A DNA stretch of 64,000 nucleotides from an uncultured Acutalibacter sp. (GCA_964600905.1 CAZRLJ010000004.1:328-64327); one strand, 5' to 3'; shown: positions 28,341 through 37,477, counted from the first letter of the stretch. Numbers and translations are program-made. The notes: generated by a model from the letters alone, not told the origin.

Positions 28341-30506
28341 ATGTATTACAAAAGCAGGTACCATCTGACCAACGGCCTGATCTCTCTGGCACTGGACAGC
28401 CTTTCCGGAGAGCTGCTGGAGCTGACCATGGAAAAGACCGGGGAAAACATGATCAAGAATCACTGCTATTCCCTGCCGCAGCCCTTTGCCCTGTATTATA
28501 CCGAGGACAAAAAGGAATGGCTGCGGCCGGGCAACGCCTCCGCCATCAGCAGGTATCCGGTACTTCAGCCTGAGATCACCGTCTCCGGGGACAACCGGTC
28601 CGCCACCGTCAGCTACCGTGCCCTGTGGGATGGTTCCGGGCCTCAGATGGTCCGCGCCGCTTACACGGTAGAGCTGCCGGAGGGCCGGGCGGAGAGCCTG
28701 TGGAAGCTGTCGCTGAAAAACGAATCCGGCCTGAATCTGGATGCCGTGCGCTTTCCCTGCCTGAACGGCGTCTATATCGGCGAATCCTGGAAGAATAACA
28801 CCCTGACCTATCCCTATATCGGCGGTCTGAAAATCGACGATCCCGTAGCCACCCTGGGCGCGCCCAACCACAACATCGAGTGGCGCTGGCAGAATTACCG
28901 GTACACCTACTATCTCGATAACATGTCCGAAGATTTTACAGACGGGACAAGAGGTCTGCGGCACGAATACTCCGGGCTCCTTTCCATGAAGTGGATGGAC
29001 TGCTACGGTCCCGGAGGCGGCGTCTATATGGCCAGCCATGACCCCGCTTTCGGGGTGTGCTCCATGCGGGCGGACACCTTTGGCGAATTCCGCCCCGGCA
29101 TGAACTTCTCCATCGGGTATCCCGTGGACTTGGAGATGGGCGATACTTGGAGCTCTCCCACGGCGGTGATCGCTCTCCACGAGGGAGACTGGCACCGGGC
29201 CGCGGACATGTACCGCGCCTTCCACCGGACCATCTCCCCCGCAGAAAACGCCGCGCCGGAATGGTTTAAGAAGAATCCCGGCCTGGTGGCCCATTACGAT
29301 TTCAAATATCAGAACGGCGGCGTGGTCCATCACTTCCGGGACATCCGCGGCCTGCTGGACCAGGCCAGAGAGATGGGCCTCAACCACCTGCTGCTGTCGG
29401 GCTGGCACAAAGACGGCTTCGACCACGGCTTTCCCGAATATGTTCCCGACCGGGAGCTGGGAACGGAGGAAGAGCTGAAAGCGCAGGTCAAACAGGTCAC
29501 CGACGACGGCGGGCATATCTGCTTTTACATCAATTCCCGTCTCTGCAACACCAAATACGAGCACCTGGGCGACTTCATCGCGGAAAACACCGTGAAGCAT
29601 AAGGACGGCACCCTGGCGATGGAGCCCTACGGAGCCGATGGCTTCAGCTTTGCAGTGCAATGCGTGGGCAGCCCCGGCTGGCGGAAAAAGCTCCAGGATA
29701 CCGTGGCCTATCTCACCGGAGACGTGGGCCTGGACGGCATGTATCTGGATCAGCTGTCCATGGGGTATCCCGGCATCTGCCACAATCCCGCCCATGACCA
29801 CAAGCACGGCGAATGGAATGTCTGGTATCAGAAGCTCCTTTCCGAGCTTCACCGGCAGCGCAGAGAGAGCGGCAAAGAACCCCTGTCCATCCTCCATGAG
29901 GGCGTGTCGGACTCCTACGGCCCCTACGTGGCCGGGCAGCTGATCTCCACCTTCTCCTATCACCGCTGCGGCGCTTTTCCCGAGCTGTACCGGTACACTT
30001 TCCCGGAGCAGTACCTGGTGGACATGCTCTACCCCGGCAGAAATCTTGCCATGCGGCCTGTCCATGTGGCCCAGGCCTCCCGGGAGATCATGGACCGGGC
30101 CTTCCGCTTGGGGATGTATTACTGGGTCTACGACCTGGTGGACGACAACACCTTTACCAGGGACCCCGAAGCAATGGCGTATCTGAAGTCCATGACAAGG
30201 CTGAGAAGCTTCTGGACCGAGACCTTCGGCCAGGGCGTGTACTGCGACGACAGGTATCTGGAGGAGGTTCCCAGCGGGCTGAAGGTCTCCTGCTATGAAA
30301 GGAAGGGCGGCCTGCTGCTGGCCTGCTGCAACACGCTGGGCCATCCGGCGGACTTTACCGTGAACGCAGGCGCCGTTGAGAGGGCCGCCTGGTACACGGC
30401 TGACGATCTGACTGGGACGGAATCCGGCGGCCGGGGAAAGACCTTTACGGCTCCCGAGGCTCCCCTGTCCCTCCTGGTGCTGACCTGTTCTGAGGAGAAG
30501 CAATGA
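28341..30506 (+). CDS. Putative cytoplasmic glycoside hydrolase (DUF6259-like TIM barrel)
   Basis: GDWHRAADMYR, GW..GFD..FPEY, GMYLDQ, HEG..D motifs; no signal peptide. Confidence 0.6.
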   Translation: MYYKSRYHLTNGLISLALDSLSGELLELTMEKTGENMIKNHCYSLPQPFALYYTEDKKEWLRPGNASAISRYPVLQPEITVSGDNRSATVSYRALWDGSGPQMVRAAYTVELPEGRAESLWKLSLKNESGLNLDAVRFPCLNGVYIGESWKNNTLTYPYIGGLKIDDPVATLGAPNHNIEWRWQNYRYTYYLDNMSEDFTDGTRGLRHEYSGLLSMKWMDCYGPGGGVYMASHDPAFGVCSMRADTFGEFRPGMNFSIGYPVDLEMGDTWSSPTAVIALHEGDWHRAADMYRAFHRTISPAENAAPEWFKKNPGLVAHYDFKYQNGGVVHHFRDIRGLLDQAREMGLNHLLLSGWHKDGFDHGFPEYVPDRELGTEEELKAQVKQVTDDGGHICFYINSRLCNTKYEHLGDFIAENTVKHKDGTLAMEPYGADGFSFAVQCVGSPGWRKKLQDTVAYLTGDVGLDGMYLDQLSMGYPGICHNPAHDHKHGEWNVWYQKLLSELHRQRRESGKEPLSILHEGVSDSYGPYVAGQLISTFSYHRCGAFPELYRYTFPEQYLVDMLYPGRNLAMRPVHVAQASREIMDRAFRLGMYYWVYDLVDDNTFTRDPEAMAYLKSMTRLRSFWTETFGQGVYCDDRYLEEVPSGLKVSCYERKGGLLLACCNTLGHPADFTVNAGAVERAAWYTADDLTGTESGGRGKTFTAPEAPLSLLVLTCSEEKQ

Positions 30507-31432
30507 TGGATTATTCAAAATTGATCACAGAAGCCAGCAATCCCGGCACAGTGGATATGGATATTTGCTCCACTCTGGAGCTCCTCGCCATGATCAACCG
30601 GGAGGACAGCCGGGTAGCCCCAGCGGTGGAAAAGGTCCTGCCGGAAATTGCCAAAGCCGTGGAGCTGGCCGCCAGGGGGATCGCCGCCGGAGGCAGGCTG
30701 ATCTACGTGGGCGCCGGAACCAGTGGCAGGCTTGGGGTGCTGGACGCCTCTGAATGTCCCCCCACCTTCGGCGTTTCACCGGACATGGTGGTGGGCGTTA
30801 TTGCCGGAGGCGACAAAGCCCTGCGCTCTCCCGTAGAGGGAGCCGAAGACAGCCCGGAGGACGGCGCGGCGGACATGGACCGGCTGCATGTAACCGAAAA
30901 GGATACCGTGGTGGGCATTACCGCCAGTGGAAGCACGCCCTATGTGCTGGGGGCCGTGGAGCGGGCCAAAAAGCTGGGAGCCGCCACGGTGGCCCTGTGC
31001 AACGCCGGCCCGGGTACAGTGGCCCAGGCAGCCGACGTGGCCATCGTTCCCGTGGTGGGGCCGGAAGTCCTCATGGGCAGCACCCGGATGAAGTCCGGCA
31101 CCGCCGAAAAGATGGTGCTCAATATGATCTCCACCGCCGTCATGGTAAAGCTGGGGAAGGTCTACCGAAACCTGATGGTGGATCTCATGCCGTCCAACAG
31201 GAAGCTCCGGGACAGGACCGTGCGCATCATCATGCAGGCTGTGGACGTCTCCAGACAGGAGGCGGAGGAGGCTCTGAACCGGGCTGACGGCCAGCCCAAG
31301 GCCGCCATTCTCATGCTGCTCTGCGGCTGCGGGAAGGAAAAGGCCTTCTCTCTGCTGGAAACCGAAAAGAGCGTGCGGAAGGCGCTGCAAAAATATTACG
31401 AGGCCAACGCTCCGCAAGGGGCCGGGAGGTAA
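30503..31432 (+). CDS. murQ: N-acetylmuramic acid 6-phosphate etherase
   Basis: GAGTSGRLGVLDASECPPTFG, GPEVLMGSTRMKSGTA. Confidence 0.95.
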   Translation: MMDYSKLITEASNPGTVDMDICSTLELLAMINREDSRVAPAVEKVLPEIAKAVELAARGIAAGGRLIYVGAGTSGRLGVLDASECPPTFGVSPDMVVGVIAGGDKALRSPVEGAEDSPEDGAADMDRLHVTEKDTVVGITASGSTPYVLGAVERAKKLGAATVALCNAGPGTVAQAADVAIVPVVGPEVLMGSTRMKSGTAEKMVLNMISTAVMVKLGKVYRNLMVDLMPSNRKLRDRTVRIIMQAVDVSRQEAEEALNRADGQPKAAILMLLCGCGKEKAFSLLETEKSVRKALQKYYEANAPQGAGR

Positions 31433-31437
31433 GACAG

Positions 31438-32376
31438 ATGCAATATGTCATCGGCATCGACGGCGGAGGCACCAAAACACGGCTGTTCGCCATGGACCGC
31501 CGGATGGGGCTGTTGTATGAGGCCCGCGGCGGCAGCTCCAATCTGACCAGCTGCGGCAGCGAAGCTGTGAGAAAAAATCTGACGGACCTGCTGCAAAAGG
31601 CCTTTACGGAAAGCGGACTGGACCCGGCGGAATGCGCCGGGCTCTGTCTCGGTTCCGCAGGCGCGGGACGGGAATCGGCCCGGCAGGAGCTGGGGGACAT
31701 CCTGCGGGAGACCTGGGGCTTTGGCCCCATTCTGGTGACGGACGATGCGGAAAGCGCGCTGGCCGGCGGAACAGCCGACGGGTGCGGCATACTGCTGGCA
31801 GCTGGGACCGGCTCCATCTGTTATGGAAAAAATGACAGGGGCCAGACCCGGCGGGTAGGCGGCTGGGGCCACATTGCAGGCGATGAGGGCAGCGGCTACG
31901 CCATGGCCTGCCAGGTCCTGCAGGCCGTATTCCGCGCCTGGGACGGCCGGGAACCTGCCACCCAGCTGACCGGGCTGGTGCTGGAGCACTGGGGTCTCAG
32001 GGACATGGACGGGCTGGTGGACTGTATTTACCGCTCCGGAAAGGGCAAAAGCGACATTGCGTCTCTCGCCCCTCTGTGCGATCTTGCCTATGAGGCTGGA
32101 GACAGGGCGGCCCACCGGATCATCGAGCGCTGCGCCCGTGATCTGGCTGAAATGGCCCTGACAGCCTCCGCTCTGTTTGCGGAGGGCACGAAAATTTCCT
32201 GCGTGTACACCGGAAGCCTTTTGACAAAATCCGTTCCCCTCCGGACGCAGCTGGAAGCCCTTCTCGGAAAGGCGCGGCCCGAAATAGCACTCTCCCCCTG
32301 CCTTCATGACGCGGCCTGGGGCTGCGCCCGGCTTGCCTGGGATCATGCCGCTGAGAAGGGCGGACGCCATATGTAA
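31438..32376 (+). CDS. BadF-type N-acetylmuramate/N-acetylglucosamine kinase (MurK-like)
   Basis: GIDGGGTKT, AGTGS, GGWGHIAGDEGSGY; follows murQ. Confidence 0.85.
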   Translation: MQYVIGIDGGGTKTRLFAMDRRMGLLYEARGGSSNLTSCGSEAVRKNLTDLLQKAFTESGLDPAECAGLCLGSAGAGRESARQELGDILRETWGFGPILVTDDAESALAGGTADGCGILLAAGTGSICYGKNDRGQTRRVGGWGHIAGDEGSGYAMACQVLQAVFRAWDGREPATQLTGLVLEHWGLRDMDGLVDCIYRSGKGKSDIASLAPLCDLAYEAGDRAAHRIIERCARDLAEMALTASALFAEGTKISCVYTGSLLTKSVPLRTQLEALLGKARPEIALSPCLHDAAWGCARLAWDHAAEKGGRHM

Positions 32377-32458
32377 TGGACATTTGTCCCGACCAATGAT
32401 ACTTAGAACGAACCTGTATTCACAACTCCCGATATGCCGCAGAAAGAGAGGATGCTTT

Positions 32459-34123
32459 ATGGAAACACAGGGAAGGAAGCCCCGTTCCATCAAAATCGTC
32501 GGCCACCGCAACCCCGATACGGATTCCGTCTGCGCCGCCATCGCCTACAGCAGGCTCAAGACCCGGCTGGACCCGGACAACACCTATGTGCCCTGCCGGT
32601 CCGGTCTCTTGAACCGGGAAACCAAATTTGTCCTGAAGCATTTCGGCGTGGAGCATCCCCGCTTTTTTGCGGACGCCAGTCCCACCATCGAGGATGTGGA
32701 CTACCGTCGGATGCCCGGCGTCAGCGCAGACACCAGCGTCCGAAAGGCCTGGTCCATCATGCGGGAATGGATCGTGGACACCCTCTGTGTGGTGGACGAA
32801 AACAACCGGCTGATCGGCGTGGCCTCTATCCGGGACATGACCCTGAACAACATGGACATCATCGACGAGGGCAGCCTGGCCAAGGCGGGCGTCAGTTACC
32901 AGAATGTGCTGGAAACCCTGGATGGGACCCTGCTGGCAGGGACCGTGGAGGGAAAGGCGGTGACGGGGCGGATCAGCACCGGGGCGGGCTCCGCAGAGAT
33001 GATGGAGGCCATGATCTCCGCAGGGGATGTGGTCATCGTCAGCAACCGCCAGGACAGTATGCTGGCGGCCATTGAGAAAAGGGCCGGATGCCTGGTGGTG
33101 TGCATGGACGCACAGGTTCCTGGCTCCATCTGCCGCCTGGCCGAGGAACAGGGCTGCGTCATCCTCAGCACCCCCTACAGCCCCTACGTTGCCGGGCAGA
33201 TGATCGTGCAGTCCATTCCCATCCGCCACTATATGGTCACCCAGGACTTTGTCACCTTCACCCCCCGGACCCTGGTGGAGGACGCCACCAGGATCATGGC
33301 CACGGTGCGCCACCGCTATTTCCCGGTGCTGGACGAACAGGGGCACTATCTGGGCATGCTGTCCCGCCGGAACCTGCTGAGCCGCCAGAAAAACAAGGTA
33401 ATCCTGGTGGACCACAACGAAAAAGGCCAGTCTGTGGACGGTCTTGACACCGCGGAGGTGCTGGAGATCATCGACCACCACCGCATCGGCGCACTGGAGA
33501 CCGATTTTCCCGTGTATTTCCGCAATGTTCCGGTGGGCTGCACCTGTACCATCCTCTATCAAATGTACAAGGAAAACGGCGTGGAGATCGACCGGTCCAC
33601 CGCGGGCCTGATGCTTTCCGCCATTCTGTCGGACACCCTGATGTTCCGCAGTCCCACCTGCACCGCCGCGGACGAGGCCGCCGCCCGGGACCTGGCCACC
33701 CTTGCCCAGGTGGACCTGGAAAGCTACGCCTATGAAATGTTCGAGGCGGGCAGCGACGTGTCCGGAAAAACGCCGGATGAAATTCTGCGGATCGACTATA
33801 AGCTGTTCAGCTGCGGGAATATCCGGTTCGGCGTGAGCCAGAACAACTACATGACGGAGAAAAGCCGCCTGGACAACGAAAAGCTCATTGCGCCTTACCT
33901 GCAAGGCTTTCTGGACCGTCAGGGCCTTGACATGGTGTTCTGCATGTTCACCGACGTCCCCTCTGCTTCTACAGATCTCCTGATGGTGGGAGCGGGGGCC
34001 GAGGAACTGATCCGGCGGGCCTTCTCCGTGGAGGTCACGGATGCAAAAGCGGTCCTTCCCGGCATGGCCAGCAGGAAAAAGCAGCTGATCCCCGTCCTCT
34101 TGAACGCCATTCGGCAGGAATGA
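32459..34123 (+). CDS. ppaC: Mn-dependent inorganic pyrophosphatase with CBS/DRTGG insert
   Basis: GHRNPDTDS, LVDHNE, IDHH, AILSDTL; CBS pair. Confidence 0.92.
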   Translation: METQGRKPRSIKIVGHRNPDTDSVCAAIAYSRLKTRLDPDNTYVPCRSGLLNRETKFVLKHFGVEHPRFFADASPTIEDVDYRRMPGVSADTSVRKAWSIMREWIVDTLCVVDENNRLIGVASIRDMTLNNMDIIDEGSLAKAGVSYQNVLETLDGTLLAGTVEGKAVTGRISTGAGSAEMMEAMISAGDVVIVSNRQDSMLAAIEKRAGCLVVCMDAQVPGSICRLAEEQGCVILSTPYSPYVAGQMIVQSIPIRHYMVTQDFVTFTPRTLVEDATRIMATVRHRYFPVLDEQGHYLGMLSRRNLLSRQKNKVILVDHNEKGQSVDGLDTAEVLEIIDHHRIGALETDFPVYFRNVPVGCTCTILYQMYKENGVEIDRSTAGLMLSAILSDTLMFRSPTCTAADEAAARDLATLAQVDLESYAYEMFEAGSDVSGKTPDEILRIDYKLFSCGNIRFGVSQNNYMTEKSRLDNEKLIAPYLQGFLDRQGLDMVFCMFTDVPSASTDLLMVGAGAEELIRRAFSVEVTDAKAVLPGMASRKKQLIPVLLNAIRQE

Positions 34124-34163
34124 GCGGGGCAAGGGAGCAGTGAAGAGTGAAGAGTGAAAAGTG

Positions 34164-34206
34164 GCGGTTACTTTGCTGCGCAAAGAATAAAAGGAAGGGC
34201 AAAGGC
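34164..34206. repeat. 43-bp direct repeat, left of protease cassette 3
   Basis: GCGGTTACTTTGCTGCGCAAAGAATAA...GGGCAAAGGC; 40/43 identical to 37299..37341. Confidence 0.85.
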
Positions 34207-34303
34207 AGCCCTCTCTGATATTTTTTTGACAGTCTAAAATCAGCCCCGGCGATTGAAACGCCGGGGCCGATTCTGCTTTTTATTATGGCTTCATCAATAT
34301 TAT

Positions 34304-34332
34304 TTGACAAAGGGCACTTGTGGGATTATAAT
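34304..34332 (+). promoter_or_regulatory. sigmaA consensus promoter of protease cassette 3
   Basis: TTGACA-17nt-TATAAT. Confidence 0.75.
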
Positions 34333-34542
34333 AAAAACATCATATGAATGGCACAAAATTTTAGGAAAGGAGGAGGGCCCGATGGGGAAATAAAAAGAAA
34401 TCCATGGGAAATCGTTGTCAGGCCAGACAGCACCGAAAATTTCGGTGAAAGATTTTCTCATGGATCTCAGGTGTAGTATACCTGAGAAATTCGCAAAATG
34501 CAAGAAAGAACAAAACTTCAAGAATGAAAGGAAAATCAACTT

Positions 34543-35547
34543 ATGAAAAAATGTTTATGTCTTATACTTTGCTTGTGTATCGTATGCTGCTTCTTTCAAA
34601 TTCCAGTAATGGCCGCAGAAGAACCGGAGCTCAATACCATGCAGGTTTCCTCTGAAGCGGGGAGCCATGGCGTTTATTGCTATGACGCTGAAACAGGAGA
34701 GGAGACATTTGTCCCGGCAGAGGAATACGGGAACGAAAATTCATCGTCAGTCCCCGCGTCGTTAGACCTGCAAGAAGAAGTCCCTGAAATCACTCCGCGC
34801 CATGTGATAGGGAGTGACTCGAGAACAAAGGTCAGCAATCCAACAGGTCGATATCAGAGCACCTGTTTGCTTGGTTCCAGGTTCAACTACACTGAGGACG
34901 GAGTAACACCGGGGACCGGATGGCTTCTTAACCAAAACTATGTGATGACGGCAGGACATATGGTATATAATTATGACGATCACTATGCGGATCATATTGC
35001 CGTATATATCGGTTCGTCAGGTGGCACCTTCAAGCAATATCGTCTTGGGTATTACTATACCGCAGGTGGAGATTATATCGATAATCCCGCGGAGTGTGAG
35101 TCATATTATAATAAGGGGATGTTTGATGATTGGGGAATCGTAAAGTTGGATGCGCCCGTAACTGTTTCTATGTCGTATTTGGGACGACATACTGCGAACA
35201 GCGCCTCTGACATGCAAGGCCAGTATTATTATACACAGGGCTACCCCCAAGATTTGAATGAAGCTGTTTATGGTGCAAATTGCAAGCATTGGAATCTCTG
35301 GGATATGTATACCACAGGTGGATACATCACCACAGATAGAATACGGCTCTTGGGTTTGGTACAGACCGAAATTGATATTGATCATGGCCAAAGTGGCTCG
35401 CCTGTATATAGATACATATCAGGCTCTGGATACTGTGCGGAGGGAATTGTGGTTGGCATGAGTTATCCGTATGACCCTCCCGAAAGGAATTTTATCATTC
35501 TACTAAATAATTGGCTGATGAACTATATTAACAACAATCTAACATAA
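34543..35547 (+). CDS. Secreted trypsin-fold serine protease 3 (paralog of protease 1)
   Basis: Signal peptide, VIGSDSR mature N-terminus, TAGH / FDDWGIVKL / GQSGSP; shares STCLL, GTGWL, AGGDY, TQGYP.DLN with 6018..7106. Confidence 0.87.
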   Translation: MKKCLCLILCLCIVCCFFQIPVMAAEEPELNTMQVSSEAGSHGVYCYDAETGEETFVPAEEYGNENSSSVPASLDLQEEVPEITPRHVIGSDSRTKVSNPTGRYQSTCLLGSRFNYTEDGVTPGTGWLLNQNYVMTAGHMVYNYDDHYADHIAVYIGSSGGTFKQYRLGYYYTAGGDYIDNPAECESYYNKGMFDDWGIVKLDAPVTVSMSYLGRHTANSASDMQGQYYYTQGYPQDLNEAVYGANCKHWNLWDMYTTGGYITTDRIRLLGLVQTEIDIDHGQSGSPVYRYISGSGYCAEGIVVGMSYPYDPPERNFIILLNNWLMNYINNNLT

Positions 35548-35564
35548 TGAAGGAGCAAGGCGAT

Positions 35565-36083
35565 ATGGCAGAGGTTAGAAAGAAGAAGCGGCGGATCATT
35601 CTGATTGTCCTTTGCGCAGTGATTGTCCTGGCAGGGGCTGGGGCGGGAATATTGGTCTGGGAAAACCGCGTGGAACGGCAGTTCCCCATGTGGCGAACTC
35701 CTTGCCTTGAGCCGGATGAAAACGATATTACCCCCGGCCTTACCCTTTATTACGTCGGGCTTGACCATTCGTACACCCTTGCCGACGGGACACTGTGCGA
35801 CAAGATAATGTTGAGATGGAAGGGCCCTGCCGGTCGTAAAGTTTATGGTCATAAAGAACTGTGGGTCGATTACCAGTACGAAGGAGAATGGCATACGGTC
35901 TGGGCAAGGGGGGTAAGCCTGGCGGCGGCGAGTGAAACACATGGTCCGCCGGCAACAGATTACTCGCGAATGTATATCTCGGAATACGTTCCCGCAGGGC
36001 TTTTTGCCCGGGAGGGGAAGTATCGCCTATTCAAGAGTGGATTTGGGTATTTTGAAATTTCCATTGTCCATCCGGAATTTTGA
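35565..36083 (+). CDS. Membrane-anchored hypothetical protein, cassette 3 partner A
   Basis: KKKRR plus TM helix; paralog of the next two genes. Confidence 0.75.
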   Translation: MAEVRKKKRRIILIVLCAVIVLAGAGAGILVWENRVERQFPMWRTPCLEPDENDITPGLTLYYVGLDHSYTLADGTLCDKIMLRWKGPAGRKVYGHKELWVDYQYEGEWHTVWARGVSLAAASETHGPPATDYSRMYISEYVPAGLFAREGKYRLFKSGFGYFEISIVHPEF

Positions 36084-36150
36084 GGAGTAGCTGCGGCGAC
36101 TACACCATAAGGGAGGGAGAGTAAATTTCCCATCACAGGAGGACAGCAAT

Positions 36151-36666
36151 ATGGAAACCGCAGAAAAAAAGCGGCGGATCGTCCTGATTGTCCTTTGTGT
36201 AGCCATTGTCCTGGCCGGAGCTTCGGCGGGGGTGCTGGTCTGGGAAAACCGCGTGGAACGGCAGTTTCCCATGTGGTGCACTCCCTGCTGGGAGCCTGAG
36301 GAAAAAGACATCGACCCCAATGTTTCCCTCAGATTTTCGGGGATCGATTTTGAAGTTCCCAATGCCACCGGTGCACTTTGCGACAGGATTCTGATGAAGG
36401 CGATAGCGCCAGCCAACCACTCTATTATGGGTACTAGATTGGCATGGGTAGATTACTGGTACAAAGGCGAATGGCATACGGTCTGGTGCAATGGCTACAA
36501 CATGGAGATCAAAATGTATGGCACTCCAAAAGCAACCGATGAAGAAATCTCCATAGAAAAAAACGTTTCTGCAGGGCTTTTTGTTCGGGACGGGCAGTAC
36601 CGCCTGTTCATGGATGGACTTGGCTATTGCGACATCGACATTACCGGGATCGATTCGATGAAATGA
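36151..36666 (+). CDS. Membrane-anchored hypothetical protein, cassette 3 partner B
   Basis: WENRVERQFPMW, GEWHTVW, AGLF.R.G.YRLF motifs. Confidence 0.75.
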   Translation: METAEKKRRIVLIVLCVAIVLAGASAGVLVWENRVERQFPMWCTPCWEPEEKDIDPNVSLRFSGIDFEVPNATGALCDRILMKAIAPANHSIMGTRLAWVDYWYKGEWHTVWCNGYNMEIKMYGTPKATDEEISIEKNVSAGLFVRDGQYRLFMDGLGYCDIDITGIDSMK

Positions 36667-36713
36667 GGGGCGGTATAACAATAAGCTTCTGTAGAGGGAA
36701 GGAGCAAGGCGAT

Positions 36714-37232
36714 ATGACAAAGGTTGGTAAAAAGAAGCGGCGGATCATTCTGATCGTCCTTTGCGCAGTAATCGTCCTGGCCGGGGCTGGGGCGGGAATA
36801 TTGGTCTGGGAAAACCGCGTGGAACGGCAGTTCCCCATGTGGCGAACTCCTTGTATAGAGCCCGACGAGCGGGACATCAACCCCGATATTTCCCTCAGAT
36901 TTTCGGGGATTGATTTTGAGGTTTCCCTGTCCAGCGGCCATGTGTATGACAGAGTGCTGATGAAGGCAAAGAACAATTCCGGCAGCGGAATCTCAGGCGG
37001 CAATTTGGCATGGATCGATTACCAGAATGAAGGAGAATGGCATACAGTCTGGCGAGGCGTCCAAACCTTAGCGACAGTAATATATGACGGACCCAAAACG
37101 GATGACGGGGAGATGCTTATAGATCAATATGTTCCCGCAGGGCTTTTTGCCCGGGATGGGCAGTACCGTCTGTTCAAGGATGGACTTGGCTATTGCGACA
37201 TAGACATTATCGGGATCAATTCAATGAAATGA
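36714..37232 (+). CDS. Membrane-anchored hypothetical protein, cassette 3 partner C
   Basis: Same motifs; RBS context GAAGGAGCAAGGCGATATG identical to partner A. Confidence 0.75.
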   Translation: MTKVGKKKRRIILIVLCAVIVLAGAGAGILVWENRVERQFPMWRTPCIEPDERDINPDISLRFSGIDFEVSLSSGHVYDRVLMKAKNNSGSGISGGNLAWIDYQNEGEWHTVWRGVQTLATVIYDGPKTDDGEMLIDQYVPAGLFARDGQYRLFKDGLGYCDIDIIGINSMK

Positions 37233-37298
37233 GCGGGTACAACAAATGCAGCAAAGCCGCCGGGCAAAAGAGAAGTGAAAAGGCAAGAGTAAAGAGAT

Positions 37299-37341
37299 GC
37301 GGTTACTTTGCTGCGCAAAGAATAAGGGAAAGGGCAAAGGC
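37299..37341. repeat. 43-bp direct repeat, right of protease cassette 3
   Basis: Matches 34164..34206. Confidence 0.85.
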
Positions 37342-37477
37342 CGTCACTTTCCAAAAGCTTTTTGACAGACGAAAAGAAGCTCTGAAAACCGGGTGTGTTT
37401 TCAGAGCTTCCGTTTTCTGCATATTCGCTTCCCTGTCAAAGGGCGCGGACGTCTGCCACTCTCTCCTGCCGGAGCGT

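Noticed and set aside
35565..37232. Diversity-generating retroelement behind the partner variation
   Set aside because: No reverse transcriptase in the window; differences include indels and are not adenine-specific
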